Shown in pieces: positions 10,530-21,200 of a stretch of DNA of 64,000 nucleotides. Position 1 is the stretch's first letter; each line of letters opens with the position of its first letter. This DNA is from a virus: the IMG/VR virus record IMGVR_UViG_3300042154_001567, positions 11,833 to 75,832 of that record; one strand, 5' to 3'. A program made the translations under genes and the position numbers. The notes beneath the pieces are model-generated. The model was not told the DNA's origin. It was given only the letters and a program-made list of their open reading frames with translations, and ran no database searches.

Positions 10530-10613
10530 GTCAAATAAACTGGAGTAAGAATAAAAAACTTACTTTAGAAATATTAATAATAATAATTTGTACATAATTA
10601 TGTACTTTTGACT
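10529..10613 (+). ncRNA. Predicted four-way-junction (cloverleaf-like) RNA element
   Basis: P1 10529-10535/10607-10613; P2 10540-10549/10559-10568; P3 10569-10576/10581-10589; P4 10590-10595/10600-10605. Confidence 0.45.
10603..10610 (+). promoter_or_regulatory. Bacteroidota -7 promoter element TACTTTTG, overlapped by the palindrome GTACATAATTATGTAC (10590-10605)
   Basis: Exact TAnnTTTG match 43 nt upstream of ATG 10653. Confidence 0.45.
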
Positions 10614-10652
10614 ATGAAAAAACAATTATTAAATTTTAAAGAAAACCAAATT

Positions 10653-11669
10653 ATGAATGATTACACAATTGTAGAAAAGTATCAGCAAACAAAAAATCAA
10701 ACTATTGCTATACGTCCCTATTTTAACTCTTCTAAAGAGAACATGGGTTTAGAGCATTATGGATTAGCTTTGCATGATGGAGTATTTCATGAAGAAACAT
10801 TAGCTTGTTTAGAAATGAATGGAGTTAAACGTTATGTTACAGGATTAAATGAATTTGCTCCTGATGTAAAAATGTTACCTCCAAAAGAAAAAGAAGCTAA
10901 AGTAAAAGAAATTAGAACTATTGTTGCTCAATTAGAAGCAGAATTAGCAGCTAATGTTGTTGCTATTGATGACAAAGATTTTTGGAATAAGCTTACAGTA
11001 ATGAAGCCTGATAATTCAAAATTTTGGGATAAGATTAGTTTAAGATGTGGTAATGATCCTGTTTTTTTAGATCCACAAAAAGATCCTTATGACTTAATTA
11101 AATTACATGCTATTCACGCAGGAGGTTTTTCTATTGTAGCAAAATCATTAAGAGAAGCAAGAGAATCAGGTAATCCACCTAAATTCTATCTTGATACAAT
11201 GGAAGAAACATTAAGTACTAGAACAGAACTTAGTAAATTAAAAAATAAAGCATTAGTTGAACTACAAAAAATGTATGATTCAAATGCTTCAAAATTAATG
11301 TATGTTGCTAAAATCTGTGATGCTGATAGTGTACAGTATGTAAAAAATACACCTAATGATATTCTTTATGAAAACATGGATGAATACATTCATGGAAATG
11401 GAGCTGAATCTTCTAAGAAAAGAGCTGCTTCACAATTCTTAGAAATATCTGGGTTATCAATGGAAGAATTAAAAATAAGAGCTTTAATTAAAGACTCTTT
11501 ATATTATAGATTTATTACTACTAAAGCTGGAGGTTGGATTGAACCAATTGATAGTGGAATAAGATTAGGTAAATCACCATCTGAATGTTTGGAATTTTTA
11601 AAGAATCCAGAGAATGAAGAAACATTGATGGCATTACTTAATAAAGTAGAGCCATACTGGAACTCTTAA
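10653..11669 (+). CDS. Conserved crAss-like protein downstream of the MCP (head assembly module)
   Basis: Synteny. ATG 10653 has an A-rich leader and is preferred over TTG 10608. Confidence 0.65.
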   Translation: MNDYTIVEKYQQTKNQTIAIRPYFNSSKENMGLEHYGLALHDGVFHEETLACLEMNGVKRYVTGLNEFAPDVKMLPPKEKEAKVKEIRTIVAQLEAELAANVVAIDDKDFWNKLTVMKPDNSKFWDKISLRCGNDPVFLDPQKDPYDLIKLHAIHAGGFSIVAKSLREARESGNPPKFYLDTMEETLSTRTELSKLKNKALVELQKMYDSNASKLMYVAKICDADSVQYVKNTPNDILYENMDEYIHGNGAESSKKRAASQFLEISGLSMEELKIRALIKDSLYYRFITTKAGGWIEPIDSGIRLGKSPSECLEFLKNPENEETLMALLNKVEPYWNS

Positions 11670-11679
11670 AAGATAAAAA

Positions 11680-12387
11680 ATGGATAATAATACGCTCTTA
11701 ATTAAATTAAAGCAAAGACTAAATAAACTAGATAGCCAGGACTATGATAATATAGAATGTTGGCAATTTGTTGAAGCGTTTAATAAAGTACAGATAGACT
11801 GGTGCAGAAGAAATTTGCACGGAGGTAATATGTACAAAGAGGGTGATGAATTATCTAAAAGAAGAATTGATGATTTACAACCCCTGTTAAGAGAGTTATC
11901 TTTAACAGGAGTTGTAACTGATCAGTATTTTGAAACAGATAACTTTCCAGTAAGTACTTATTTAGAATACAAAAGAGTAAGCACTGATGCTACAAGTGAA
12001 TGTTGTCCTGATCCTAGATCAATGACTGTATATTTAGCTGAAGAAGCTAATGTTTCTGTATTATTAAGAGATCCGTTGAAAGATCCAAACTTTGAGTGGG
12101 GTGAAACATTTTGTACAATGTTAGGAAACAAGATCAGAATCTATAGAAAACCAGATTTTAATATTGTAAATCCTGTATTGACTTATTATCAAAAACCTAT
12201 CTATATACAAATACTAGGGTGTGTTGATCCGTACACAGGTGTAGTTAGTACAACTAATATACCTTGTCAGTTTAAAGATGACGTTGTTGAGGTATTATTA
12301 GATGATACGGCTTCACTTATTGCAGGAGATATAGAGAACATTTATCAACAACAAAGGGGCCAAGGTTCTGCTGAAAGAAATAATTAA
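11680..12387 (+). CDS. Putative head-tail connector or ring protein
   Basis: LKQRLNKLDSQDYDN, SKRRIDDLQPLL, LTYYQKP; position matches crAss neck genes. Confidence 0.65.
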   Translation: MDNNTLLIKLKQRLNKLDSQDYDNIECWQFVEAFNKVQIDWCRRNLHGGNMYKEGDELSKRRIDDLQPLLRELSLTGVVTDQYFETDNFPVSTYLEYKRVSTDATSECCPDPRSMTVYLAEEANVSVLLRDPLKDPNFEWGETFCTMLGNKIRIYRKPDFNIVNPVLTYYQKPIYIQILGCVDPYTGVVSTTNIPCQFKDDVVEVLLDDTASLIAGDIENIYQQQRGQGSAERNN

Positions 12388-12389
12388 TT

Positions 12390-12836
12390 ATGAGAGCATT
12401 AAAAACTACTAACACTGAAGAAAAAAGTGAAAAAACTTTAAAAAGACCCAATGCTGAATTAGGTCAAGAAACAGCTCAAGTGGTTACAGCTTTAATGAAT
12501 GCAGCTACTAGTTTGCATAAATTACATTTACAACTTACTGGAGTTGGTTCATATGCACAACACATAGCTTTAAATGAGTTATATGATACAATGCATGGGC
12601 ATGCGGATACATTAGCTGAAGGATTTCAAGGAGCATCAGAAACATTGTTAAAATATGAAAATGATGCACCTATAGTATTAAATAGTGTGAAAGAGGCTAT
12701 TGTATATTTAAGAGAATTAACTGAAGAAGTAGTAGAATTACAATCAATTATGCCTTACTCAGAGATTGTAAATAATCTAGATCTTGTAAAAGATTCAATT
12801 AACTCAACAAAATATAAATTAATTTTCTTATCATAA
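12390..12836 (+). CDS. Ferritin/Dps-like four-helix-bundle protein
   Basis: HKLHL...SYAQHIALNELYD...ADTLAEGFQG...TKYKL; Dps-like H, D and E ligands. Confidence 0.75.
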   Translation: MRALKTTNTEEKSEKTLKRPNAELGQETAQVVTALMNAATSLHKLHLQLTGVGSYAQHIALNELYDTMHGHADTLAEGFQGASETLLKYENDAPIVLNSVKEAIVYLRELTEEVVELQSIMPYSEIVNNLDLVKDSINSTKYKLIFLS

Positions 12837-12858
12837 TTAGAAATTAAAAACTTTTGCT

Positions 12859-12866
12859 TATATTAT
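12859..12866 (+). promoter_or_regulatory. TATATTAT putative late promoter element
   Basis: Recurrent intergenic motif. Confidence 0.55.
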
Positions 12867-12920
12867 ACATGTACACGTAGTACAAATTTATATATTTATT
12901 AACAATAAAAAACAAAAATT

Positions 12921-14384
12921 ATGGCTTATTTCAATCATGCGTTTTACAAAACGTTTGTTGCAACTTCTACTCAGGCTTCTGCCGGAACTGCAACCTCAGC
13001 ATTAACTGCTGGACAGCTTGGTTTAGTTACTGATTCAACATGGCAAACAATTGCTATTTCTGGAGGTACTTTACCCGCTAATTCATTGGCTTATCTTGTA
13101 CAAGGTAGCTATTACACTAAAGATACTATTGGAAACAATCCAGGTAACGGTGGTTACAAGGAATCTGTTAAATCAAAAGGTATCAATCCTAAATTTATTT
13201 CAAGAGTATGGGTTACCAATTGTTTATTGGCTCAACAATCTACTGCTTCTTTGTCATTAGCATCTAATTGTGCTCCTTGTGGAAAAACTCAATTCATGAG
13301 AATGGATGTTAAGGGTTCTCCAACATTGCGTTTCTTAAATCACAATGCTTATTCTATTGGTGATAGTGCAAACATTTGCTGTATTGATGGACAAGAATTT
13401 TTAGATCCAGCATTAGTTTCTGCTACTATGGCTCAAATGGTTCTTGCTAATCCTTTAATTAAACCATTTGTTGCTGAAGGTGACGTTGATGGTGTATTGA
13501 CTGCTACATTAGTTGGTGGTTCTGGATATTCTGTTACTTCTGGTGTTGCTACTACTGGTGGTTCTGGATCAGGATTTAAAGTTAATATTTTAACTGTATC
13601 TTCTGGTGCTATTGCTACTTATAGTGTTGCTGCACGTGGTGCTGGATATGTAGTAGGTGATGTATTAACAGTTGCTGGTGGAACTGGTGGAACTTTAACA
13701 GTTACAGCTCTTACTGCTGGTGGTGTTGTAGTTACTGCAACTACTGGTACTGTAAGTGTACAATCTGTATATACTATTGCTCAAACTTTAGGTACAGCTG
13801 GTTCTGGAAACTATGTTCCTTCAACTGATCCTAATGGTACAACTAAAATTAGTGCTACAGTTAATTTTGTAGGAGCTTATGTTGATACTAAATTTGGTAA
13901 CTGTTCATTTGATACTAGAGATCATTTTAACGCTGAACCTGTAGTTATCATTGCTTCTATTCTTGATGAAACTGGAAATCCATGTAATGATTGTGGTGTT
14001 GCTACAAGCACTCCTGGTCAAATGCAACAAACTCAAGGTGAAAACGTAGTTAGAGATTTAATCTTATCTGAATCATACAGACAATCTCCTTTCAATCAAG
14101 GAAATGTTGATAGTGCGAGAATCAGAGAAATTGAAATGTCTGATGAGCTTTTAGCTGCTGTTGATAGATCTGCTATTTACAAAGCATACTATATTCAACA
14201 TACTGTTCCAAGATTTAACAACCCAAGTGGTGTGTTTGATAATGATCAATATGTTTACCAAATATATGTAAAATGCTCTGATACAACCGCTAACACAAAT
14301 GTATTAGCTTTAGTTAACAAAGTAGTTGCTTTAGCAAATACTGCTGGTAATAACATTGCATTAGAAACTAATTCTTACTGGTAA
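12921..14384 (+). CDS. Abundant virion structural protein (auxiliary capsid protein-like) with a Gly/Thr-rich insertion
   Basis: Has its own promoter motif and terminator, with MCP-like codon bias. GGSGYS...GAGYVVGDVLTV is a beta-rich insert. Confidence 0.6.
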   Translation: MAYFNHAFYKTFVATSTQASAGTATSALTAGQLGLVTDSTWQTIAISGGTLPANSLAYLVQGSYYTKDTIGNNPGNGGYKESVKSKGINPKFISRVWVTNCLLAQQSTASLSLASNCAPCGKTQFMRMDVKGSPTLRFLNHNAYSIGDSANICCIDGQEFLDPALVSATMAQMVLANPLIKPFVAEGDVDGVLTATLVGGSGYSVTSGVATTGGSGSGFKVNILTVSSGAIATYSVAARGAGYVVGDVLTVAGGTGGTLTVTALTAGGVVVTATTGTVSVQSVYTIAQTLGTAGSGNYVPSTDPNGTTKISATVNFVGAYVDTKFGNCSFDTRDHFNAEPVVIIASILDETGNPCNDCGVATSTPGQMQQTQGENVVRDLILSESYRQSPFNQGNVDSARIREIEMSDELLAAVDRSAIYKAYYIQHTVPRFNNPSGVFDNDQYVYQIYVKCSDTTANTNVLALVNKVVALANTAGNNIALETNSYW

Positions 14385-14419
14385 TCAATATACCTTAGAA
14401 AGATTATTCTATTAAAATT

Positions 14420-14455
14420 AGAGTAGGGGGTAAAAACTCCTACTCTTTTTTTTTT
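14420..14455 (+). terminator. Rho-independent terminator
   Basis: AGAGTAGGGG...CTCCTACTCT followed by a long T run. Confidence 0.85.
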
Positions 14456-14474
14456 CTTTGTTCTATTTTTTTTG

Positions 14475-14482
14475 TATATTAT
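14475..14482 (+). promoter_or_regulatory. TATATTAT putative late promoter element
   Basis: TTTGTATATTAT directly after a terminator. Confidence 0.6.
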
Positions 14483-14511
14483 ATATATAGTGTATAAAAA
14501 CAAATATAAAA

Positions 14512-15084
14512 ATGGCTGACAAACATATATTAAGCTTAGAAATACCAACGGTATCTAACTGCAATCTTTTATGTATTAAAGATACTAGTCAGTATTCTTC
14601 AGAATTAGCTGTTGATTGTGAAGAATTATTAATAACACTTCCTGGATTTACAGTACCTATGTTACTAAAAGTAACAAAAGAATTTGATATGTGTTTAACT
14701 GCATGTACACTTGCAATACAAAAAGTTAATTGTGGTACTGTACAACAAGAAATTCCTGATGGTATTTATGTTATTAGATATAGTGTTTCTCCAAATTTAA
14801 AAGTTTATGTTGAATACAATCACTTAAGAGTAAGCAGATTAATGACAAAATACTATGAAGTATTATGTGATATAGATGTTCAAGCATGTCAACCTCAATC
14901 ATCTAAACAAGATTTATTAAATGAAATGGGTTACATTAAAATTATGATTGATGCTGCTGTAGCTAATGTTGAATATTCTCAATCTCCAGCTCAAGGTATG
15001 CAATTGTATAATTATGCAAAAGATAGATTAAATAAAGTAATTTGTCCATCAGGAAATTGTGGTGGACGTACATACCTATACTAA
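14512..15084 (+). CDS. Putative tail hub or fibre-anchoring structural protein (Cys-rich)
   Basis: IPDGIYVIRYSVSP motif; precedes the fibre genes. Confidence 0.55.
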   Translation: MADKHILSLEIPTVSNCNLLCIKDTSQYSSELAVDCEELLITLPGFTVPMLLKVTKEFDMCLTACTLAIQKVNCGTVQQEIPDGIYVIRYSVSPNLKVYVEYNHLRVSRLMTKYYEVLCDIDVQACQPQSSKQDLLNEMGYIKIMIDAAVANVEYSQSPAQGMQLYNYAKDRLNKVICPSGNCGGRTYLY

Positions 15085-15126
15085 TAGTGTATTATAAATA
15101 TTTAAATAAACCAAAAATAAATTATT

Positions 15127-15345
15127 ATGGATTGTGCAAATTGTAATAAAACGTTTACTTGTGGTTGTCAAAAAGCATTTGATGATCAAGGAATAGCCAT
15201 ATGTAAAACATGTGTTAATGAATGGTCTAATAAAAAATTAAGTAATCAAGCACCTTCAAAAGAATTGCCAGTAAAAGAATTGTCAACAAGAGATTTAAAT
15301 TTAGAATTAGCCACTCAACAAATTAGAGATCTGAGAAATAAATAA
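15127..15345 (+). CDS. Small Cys-rich (CxxC...CGC...CxxC) Zn-binding protein
   Basis: MDCANCNKTFTCGCQK...ICKTC. Confidence 0.7.
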   Translation: MDCANCNKTFTCGCQKAFDDQGIAICKTCVNEWSNKKLSNQAPSKELPVKELSTRDLNLELATQQIRDLRNK

Positions 15346-15347
15346 AT

Positions 15348-15848
15348 ATGGAGCAGGCACTTATTAAAAGAATTAAGATAGAGCAAACTTTTGCAGTACA
15401 GGCATATACAAATTTTAAAGAAATTAAATTTGGTATAGAACCTTGTTGTTTTATTGATTTTGAAAAGGCTACTTTAAATAAGTATTTATGTGATTGGCAA
15501 AATAGTGCTTCTAATAAAATAGTTATTGACAGTGGAGAAATGGGTATTTTTATTGAACCATTAGCAATAATTAATTCAGAAGCAAGTATGTCTTGCCCAG
15601 TTGTACCAACTAATGTTTGTACAATAATAGATCTTGAAAATATTTTATGTAATGTTGGAACTTATATACATTCACAAGATGCGCCATTATTGGTTTGGGT
15701 TATAAATCATAATTTAGGAAGTTTTCCATCAGTAACAGTAGTTGATAATTTAAACCATGTTGTAGTTGGTGATATAGTTTACAATAGTTCACATACATTA
15801 ACAATAACATTTAGTTCTGCTTTTGCTGGATATGCATATTTAAATTAA
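15348..15848 (+). CDS. Putative tail-associated structural protein
   Basis: C-terminal WVINHNLGSFPSVTVVD...LTITFS module, similar to the C terminus of the next gene. Confidence 0.6.
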   Translation: MEQALIKRIKIEQTFAVQAYTNFKEIKFGIEPCCFIDFEKATLNKYLCDWQNSASNKIVIDSGEMGIFIEPLAIINSEASMSCPVVPTNVCTIIDLENILCNVGTYIHSQDAPLLVWVINHNLGSFPSVTVVDNLNHVVVGDIVYNSSHTLTITFSSAFAGYAYLN

Positions 15849-15877
15849 ATAGAATTTAAAAGAAAAACAAAAAAAAC

Positions 15878-18127
15878 ATGGCAATTATATATTTAAGTAG
15901 TATTAACCTAAATCAGAATGAATTGCAATATGCAGTTATTCAAAATTTAAGTACTGTACCCTCAACATCCACGGAAGGACAAATTTATTATGACACAGTA
16001 ACAGATAAGTTACAGTTAAAAACAGCTGCGGGTTGGGTTCCAATTCAATCAGGACAAGAACTTAATACAACTTACACGTTAGCTACAGCTCCAACAGGAA
16101 CTGCAATTAGATTAACGGGTAGTGATTCTACTACCAATGATGTTACTTTAACTGGTGCTGGTACTACTACTATTACAAGAACAAGTGGTACACAGTTAAC
16201 AATTACAACAGCTGATCAGTTTGTTGGTACAGTAACTTCAGTAGCTGCCGGTACAGGTATATCTGTTACTGGAACTGCTACTATAACTCCTACAGTTAAT
16301 ATTCTTTATGCTGGTGCATCAAATGCTATTTTAGCTGCTACTACTGCTGTTCCATTAGGTGAAGATACATTATGGTTTAGTGATGCTACAGATAGTACAA
16401 TTAAAAAAAGTTTACTTTCATTATTTCCTGGATTTGGAAAAGATGGTACAGTTACAGAAGTAACAGGTGTTAACTCTACATTTATTTCAACTGCAGTTGC
16501 TAATGGAACATCAACACCTGCTATTACAGTTAGTTTAAGTGCAACAGGTTCACCAAGCGCATCTACTTATTTAAGAGGTGATAATACATGGGCATCTCTT
16601 CCCAGTCCTTATACATGGTCTATAGGTGCTACTACTGGACTTTCTCAAGTTGTTGGAAGTGGTGCATTAGTAAAAATTTTAGCGGGTTCTGGTATAACAA
16701 GTACGGTAGCACCGAATGGTGGTGATCCAACTGTAACTATTGTAAATACAGGGGTTCTTGCACTTACTGCTGGTACTAATATAAGTATAACAGGTACACA
16801 AGCAAACTTAACTATTAATGCAACTGACCAATACCAAGGTACAGTTACATCTATTACATTAGCTGCTGGATCAGGAACCGGTACTGCAATTACTTCAAGT
16901 GGTACATTTACATTTACGGGAGGTACTGGTATTACAACTTCAGTATCAGGAACTACTGTAACAATTAATGCTATAAATTTAGGTACTGTAACAAGTGTTG
17001 CTACTGGTTCTGGTTTAACTGGTGGTACTATTACTTCTACTGGTACTATTTCTGTTCAATATACTGGAGCAAGTAACATTGTAAATTCAGCACCTACTCA
17101 AGTAGTTGCATTGGGTGGTGATTCAATTTTAATTAATGATTTTTCAACAGGTAATGCGGCTAAAGCATTAATTTCAAGTATATCATTAAGTCAATTAGGT
17201 TTACCTACTGCAGACTTAAGCATTGGTGGTTATAAATTAGAAAATGTTGCTAATCCAACTGTTGCTCAAGATGCTGCTACTAAAAACTATGTAGATACTA
17301 CATTAGCTGGTTCTGGTGCTTTAATTTATCAAGGCGGTTATAATGCTTTAACAAATACACCTAACTTAGATACACCTCCTACAGGTACTATTAATAGAGG
17401 ATTTACATATACTGTTACAGTAGATGGTTTATTTTTTACTGAACAAGTAAGAGTTGGTGATTTACTTATTGCAAATATTAATACTCCAACTGTATTAGCA
17501 GATTGGACGAGAGTTCAAAATAATATTGATTTAGCTACTACAACTACTGTGGGTATTGCTAGCTTTGCTGCTGCAAGTTTTGCAGTAAGTGGTGCTGGTG
17601 AGGTTACTATTAAAAATGGTGGTGTTATTTTAGGTACACAAACTACTGGTTCTTATAACCCTACTGTTGGTACAACAGCAAGTGTTGATATTGGAAATAA
17701 CACTACATCTGGTATTGAGGTATTTAATACTGTTTCATTAACAAATGGTGTAATTACAGCATATACTACTGAGTATATCCAATCATCAAGTACAACTAAT
17801 CCTGGTGTAATTTTAATTGCAACAGATGTTGAAGCAACTGCTGGTTCAGTTACTACTAAGGCAGTTACTCCAGCACAATTAATTTCTAATGCAACTACAG
17901 TAGCTAATACTGCTATAACAAGTAGAGAGTTTAAAATAACTATTGCTGCATCAGGACCTGTAACGCATAATATGAATTCATATGATGTTATGGTACAATT
18001 ATATGATTCAGTTACAATGGAAACTGTATATGCTGATGTAGTTAGAACAAGTTCAAATACTGTTACTGTTACATTTGGAGCAGTTTTAGTTAACCCTATT
18101 AAAGTGTTAATTATTAAAATAGGGTAA
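15878..18127 (+). CDS. Tail fibre or spike protein 1
   Basis: Repeated GTVTS(V/I)..GTGI units, DAATKNYVD, and a C-terminal THNMNSYDV module. Confidence 0.75.
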   Translation: MAIIYLSSINLNQNELQYAVIQNLSTVPSTSTEGQIYYDTVTDKLQLKTAAGWVPIQSGQELNTTYTLATAPTGTAIRLTGSDSTTNDVTLTGAGTTTITRTSGTQLTITTADQFVGTVTSVAAGTGISVTGTATITPTVNILYAGASNAILAATTAVPLGEDTLWFSDATDSTIKKSLLSLFPGFGKDGTVTEVTGVNSTFISTAVANGTSTPAITVSLSATGSPSASTYLRGDNTWASLPSPYTWSIGATTGLSQVVGSGALVKILAGSGITSTVAPNGGDPTVTIVNTGVLALTAGTNISITGTQANLTINATDQYQGTVTSITLAAGSGTGTAITSSGTFTFTGGTGITTSVSGTTVTINAINLGTVTSVATGSGLTGGTITSTGTISVQYTGASNIVNSAPTQVVALGGDSILINDFSTGNAAKALISSISLSQLGLPTADLSIGGYKLENVANPTVAQDAATKNYVDTTLAGSGALIYQGGYNALTNTPNLDTPPTGTINRGFTYTVTVDGLFFTEQVRVGDLLIANINTPTVLADWTRVQNNIDLATTTTVGIASFAAASFAVSGAGEVTIKNGGVILGTQTTGSYNPTVGTTASVDIGNNTTSGIEVFNTVSLTNGVITAYTTEYIQSSSTTNPGVILIATDVEATAGSVTTKAVTPAQLISNATTVANTAITSREFKITIAASGPVTHNMNSYDVMVQLYDSVTMETVYADVVRTSSNTVTVTFGAVLVNPIKVLIIKIG

Positions 18128-18144
18128 TTAATAAAATTTATATG

Positions 18145-18182
18145 AAGGGGGATTTCATAAATTCATGTTTTCCCCCTTTTTT
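18145..18182 (+). terminator. Probable terminator
   Basis: AAGGGGGA...TCCCCCTT followed by a T run, with a large loop. Confidence 0.6.
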
Positions 18183-18230
18183 ATAAATAAAAAATTGTAC
18201 TTTCGGTGCAGATATTAAATAAAATTATAG

Positions 18231-21200
18231 ATGGCAATAAAATTTTTAACCAGTCAAAATATACAAGCAGGTACATTAACTGTATCAACTATAGCCAACT
18301 TAACTACAGCATCAAATACTTTTTTAGTTTCAGATGGTGGTTTAGTTAAATATAGAACTGCTGCAGAAGTGCTTTCTGATATTGGAGCAGGCACAGGTTC
18401 AGTAACATCTATTACAATAACTCCAGGTACAGGAATAAGCGGTGGAGGAACAATTACATCATCAGGTACACTTACTATTACAAATACAGACTTGGGTTCT
18501 TCTCAAGCTATATTTAAAAATATTGCTGTTGCAGGCGAAAGTACTATAGTTGCTGATTCTAATAATGATACATTAACTTTTATTAATGGATCTAATATTG
18601 CTATTACTACTAATGCAACAACTGATACAATAACCATATCTGCATCTGATACTAACAATTATCCAACTAGTTTAGCTTGGGATACAGCAACAGGTATTTT
18701 AACTTTAGGTAGAAATGGTTTATCTTCTTTAACTGTAGATTTAGATAATAGATATGCAGAATTAGGAACTCAAGTTACAAATAAACTTACTAAGTGGAAT
18801 GGTTCAAATGTTATTACTGAATCTATTATTTATGATAATGGTACGAATGTAGGAATAGGGACTACGACACCAACAGTCGCATTACAAGTTAATGGATCTG
18901 GATCAGCAAATAATTATCGAGGAGTAATAAGAATAATTAATAATTCAGCAGAACAATGGAGTGGATTATCATTACCAGATAATGCATCTAGTGATGCTAA
19001 TTCTTCAAATTATTATTTTATAGGTAGAGGTAATTCACTTGCAAATAGAGAACTTAGTTTTCATATTCCTACAGCTGCTAATTATGGTTCAGGGGATCAA
19101 CCATTATTTCGATTTGCTTCAACTGGAGCTGATAATTTAATGACTATACAGGCAGTCACAGGAAATACATATATAAAAGGTAATGTAGGAATTGGGACAA
19201 CTAGTCCAATAGACGTTTTACACGTTGTTGGTGGCATATCAAGTACATCACTTTCTAATACATTAAATGGTAGTATTGGTTCAATACAAATGGGTTATGA
19301 TGGAACTAATGGTGTAATTAGAACTTGGAATTCATCTCCTATAATAATTGCTGCTTACAATTACCAAGCATTTGAAACAACAGGTGCTGAAAGAATGCGT
19401 ATTGCTACTTCAGGTAATGTCCTAATCGGAACTACTTCAGGTTCTTTCCCACTTACCGTAGTTGGTAAAATAGGTGCTAATATATTTGGAGATAGTTATT
19501 TAGAATTCCCATCAAATGGACATGCAATCTTAAAAGCAAACAACGATGTCTTTGTAGGTTATTCACAAAACTTTGTTGTTAAACAAAATGGATATGTAGG
19601 TGTCGGAACAACAAACCCTTTATATAGATTAGAATCAACTACTACAGCGTTGTTTGGTACAACTGCTTATGGTGTTCTTAATATAGCAGGGGATAATCCT
19701 GCATACATAAAAATTAAAACAAACATTCCTTTTTCTTATGGTGCTCAAGGATACACAGTAAATATTAAAGGTTTCCAATATGGAAGTGCTCAAACATTAG
19801 ATTTACAAGTATGTTGGCATCAATATGCTGATGCATTTACTAGTCCAACAATTACGTCTAAAGGATCATTTGCTCCTGTAGTTAGGTTAGCTAGAGAGAA
19901 TGGATTAGTAGTAATCGTACTTACTTGGGGTCAATATTGGCCGAAATTATATGTAGAGTCTGTTCATAATTATATTAATGACGGATATGCAAATGGTTGG
20001 ACGTGGGTTGATGAAAATGTTACAGGTGATAAAACGGTTACCTTATCTTACAAGAATGACTTCGGTGATGGCTTTGTAAAGACAGCAGCAGGATTAGTTG
20101 GTATAGGGACAAGTAATCCTACAAAAAAACTTGATGTTATTGGTCAAGCAGCAATAGGATCTGGTGCTCAAGCAATTGTTGGAACAGATGGAACTTATGC
20201 TGGATATTCTACTATAGGATTTGGTGGTACAACAAATGGATACAATAGAGTATTTGGAAACAATGGAACGGGTGATGGTTTATTTTTAGCAGCAGCAACA
20301 AGTCAAGGTATTTCTTTTTGGACAAATGGTGCTAATAATAGAATGTATATTACTTCAAGTGGTAATGTTTTAATAAATACAACTACAGACTCAGGCTATA
20401 AGTTAGATGTTAATGGTACTGCAAGGGTGAGTGGTCAAGTTGTATCAGATACTAAATTTTTTGTTGCTGGCACTCCTAATGTTAATAGTGGAGATTTAAT
20501 AAGTGTAAGAGATTTAAGTGCAACTGGTTCTAATACTACTTTTGGTGGTGTGTTTTTTAATTCAAGTCCCGGTAATGATTACTCAATAGGTAAACTAACT
20601 GAAAATAGTGTTGGATTTTTACAAATTAGAAATGGTAATAATGGTGCAGAATTATTAAGAATTGGTTCAACAGGTGTAACTACCATTACAAACCTTGCAG
20701 GCACAGGTAGCAGAATGGTCGTGGCTGATGCGTCAGGTGTTTTATCTACTCAAGCTATTCCTACAGGAACTGTTACAGGTACGGGTACAACAAATTACAT
20801 TTCAAAATGGACTAGTGGGAGTGCTTTAGCGAATAGTTCTATTGTAGATGATGGAGCGGGGAATGTCTATGTATATAGTAGATTATTTCAATCAAATGGA
20901 ACTAACCAAATGATATTTGGTCAATGGGATGGAGTAAATAATAGAATTGAAGGCTCAAGTGGATTACCTATGTATATGGTAACTTATGGGTCTGCATTAA
21001 AATTTGGAGTTAGTGGAGATGAAAAAGCACAAATTAACTCTTCAGGTAATTTACTTATAGGAACTACAACTGACGCAGGGTATAAACTTGATGTTAATGG
21101 AAGTATCAAATCACAAGGTATACTATTTGAAAAATCTCCATATGAAACAAGGAGTATTGGATTAGATACATATGGTTGGTATTTTTATAATAATACAGAC

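Noticed and set aside
10529-10613. tRNA gene
   Set aside because: Cloverleaf-like topology, but no TTC T-loop, no D-loop GG, no 7-nt anticodon loop and no CCA.
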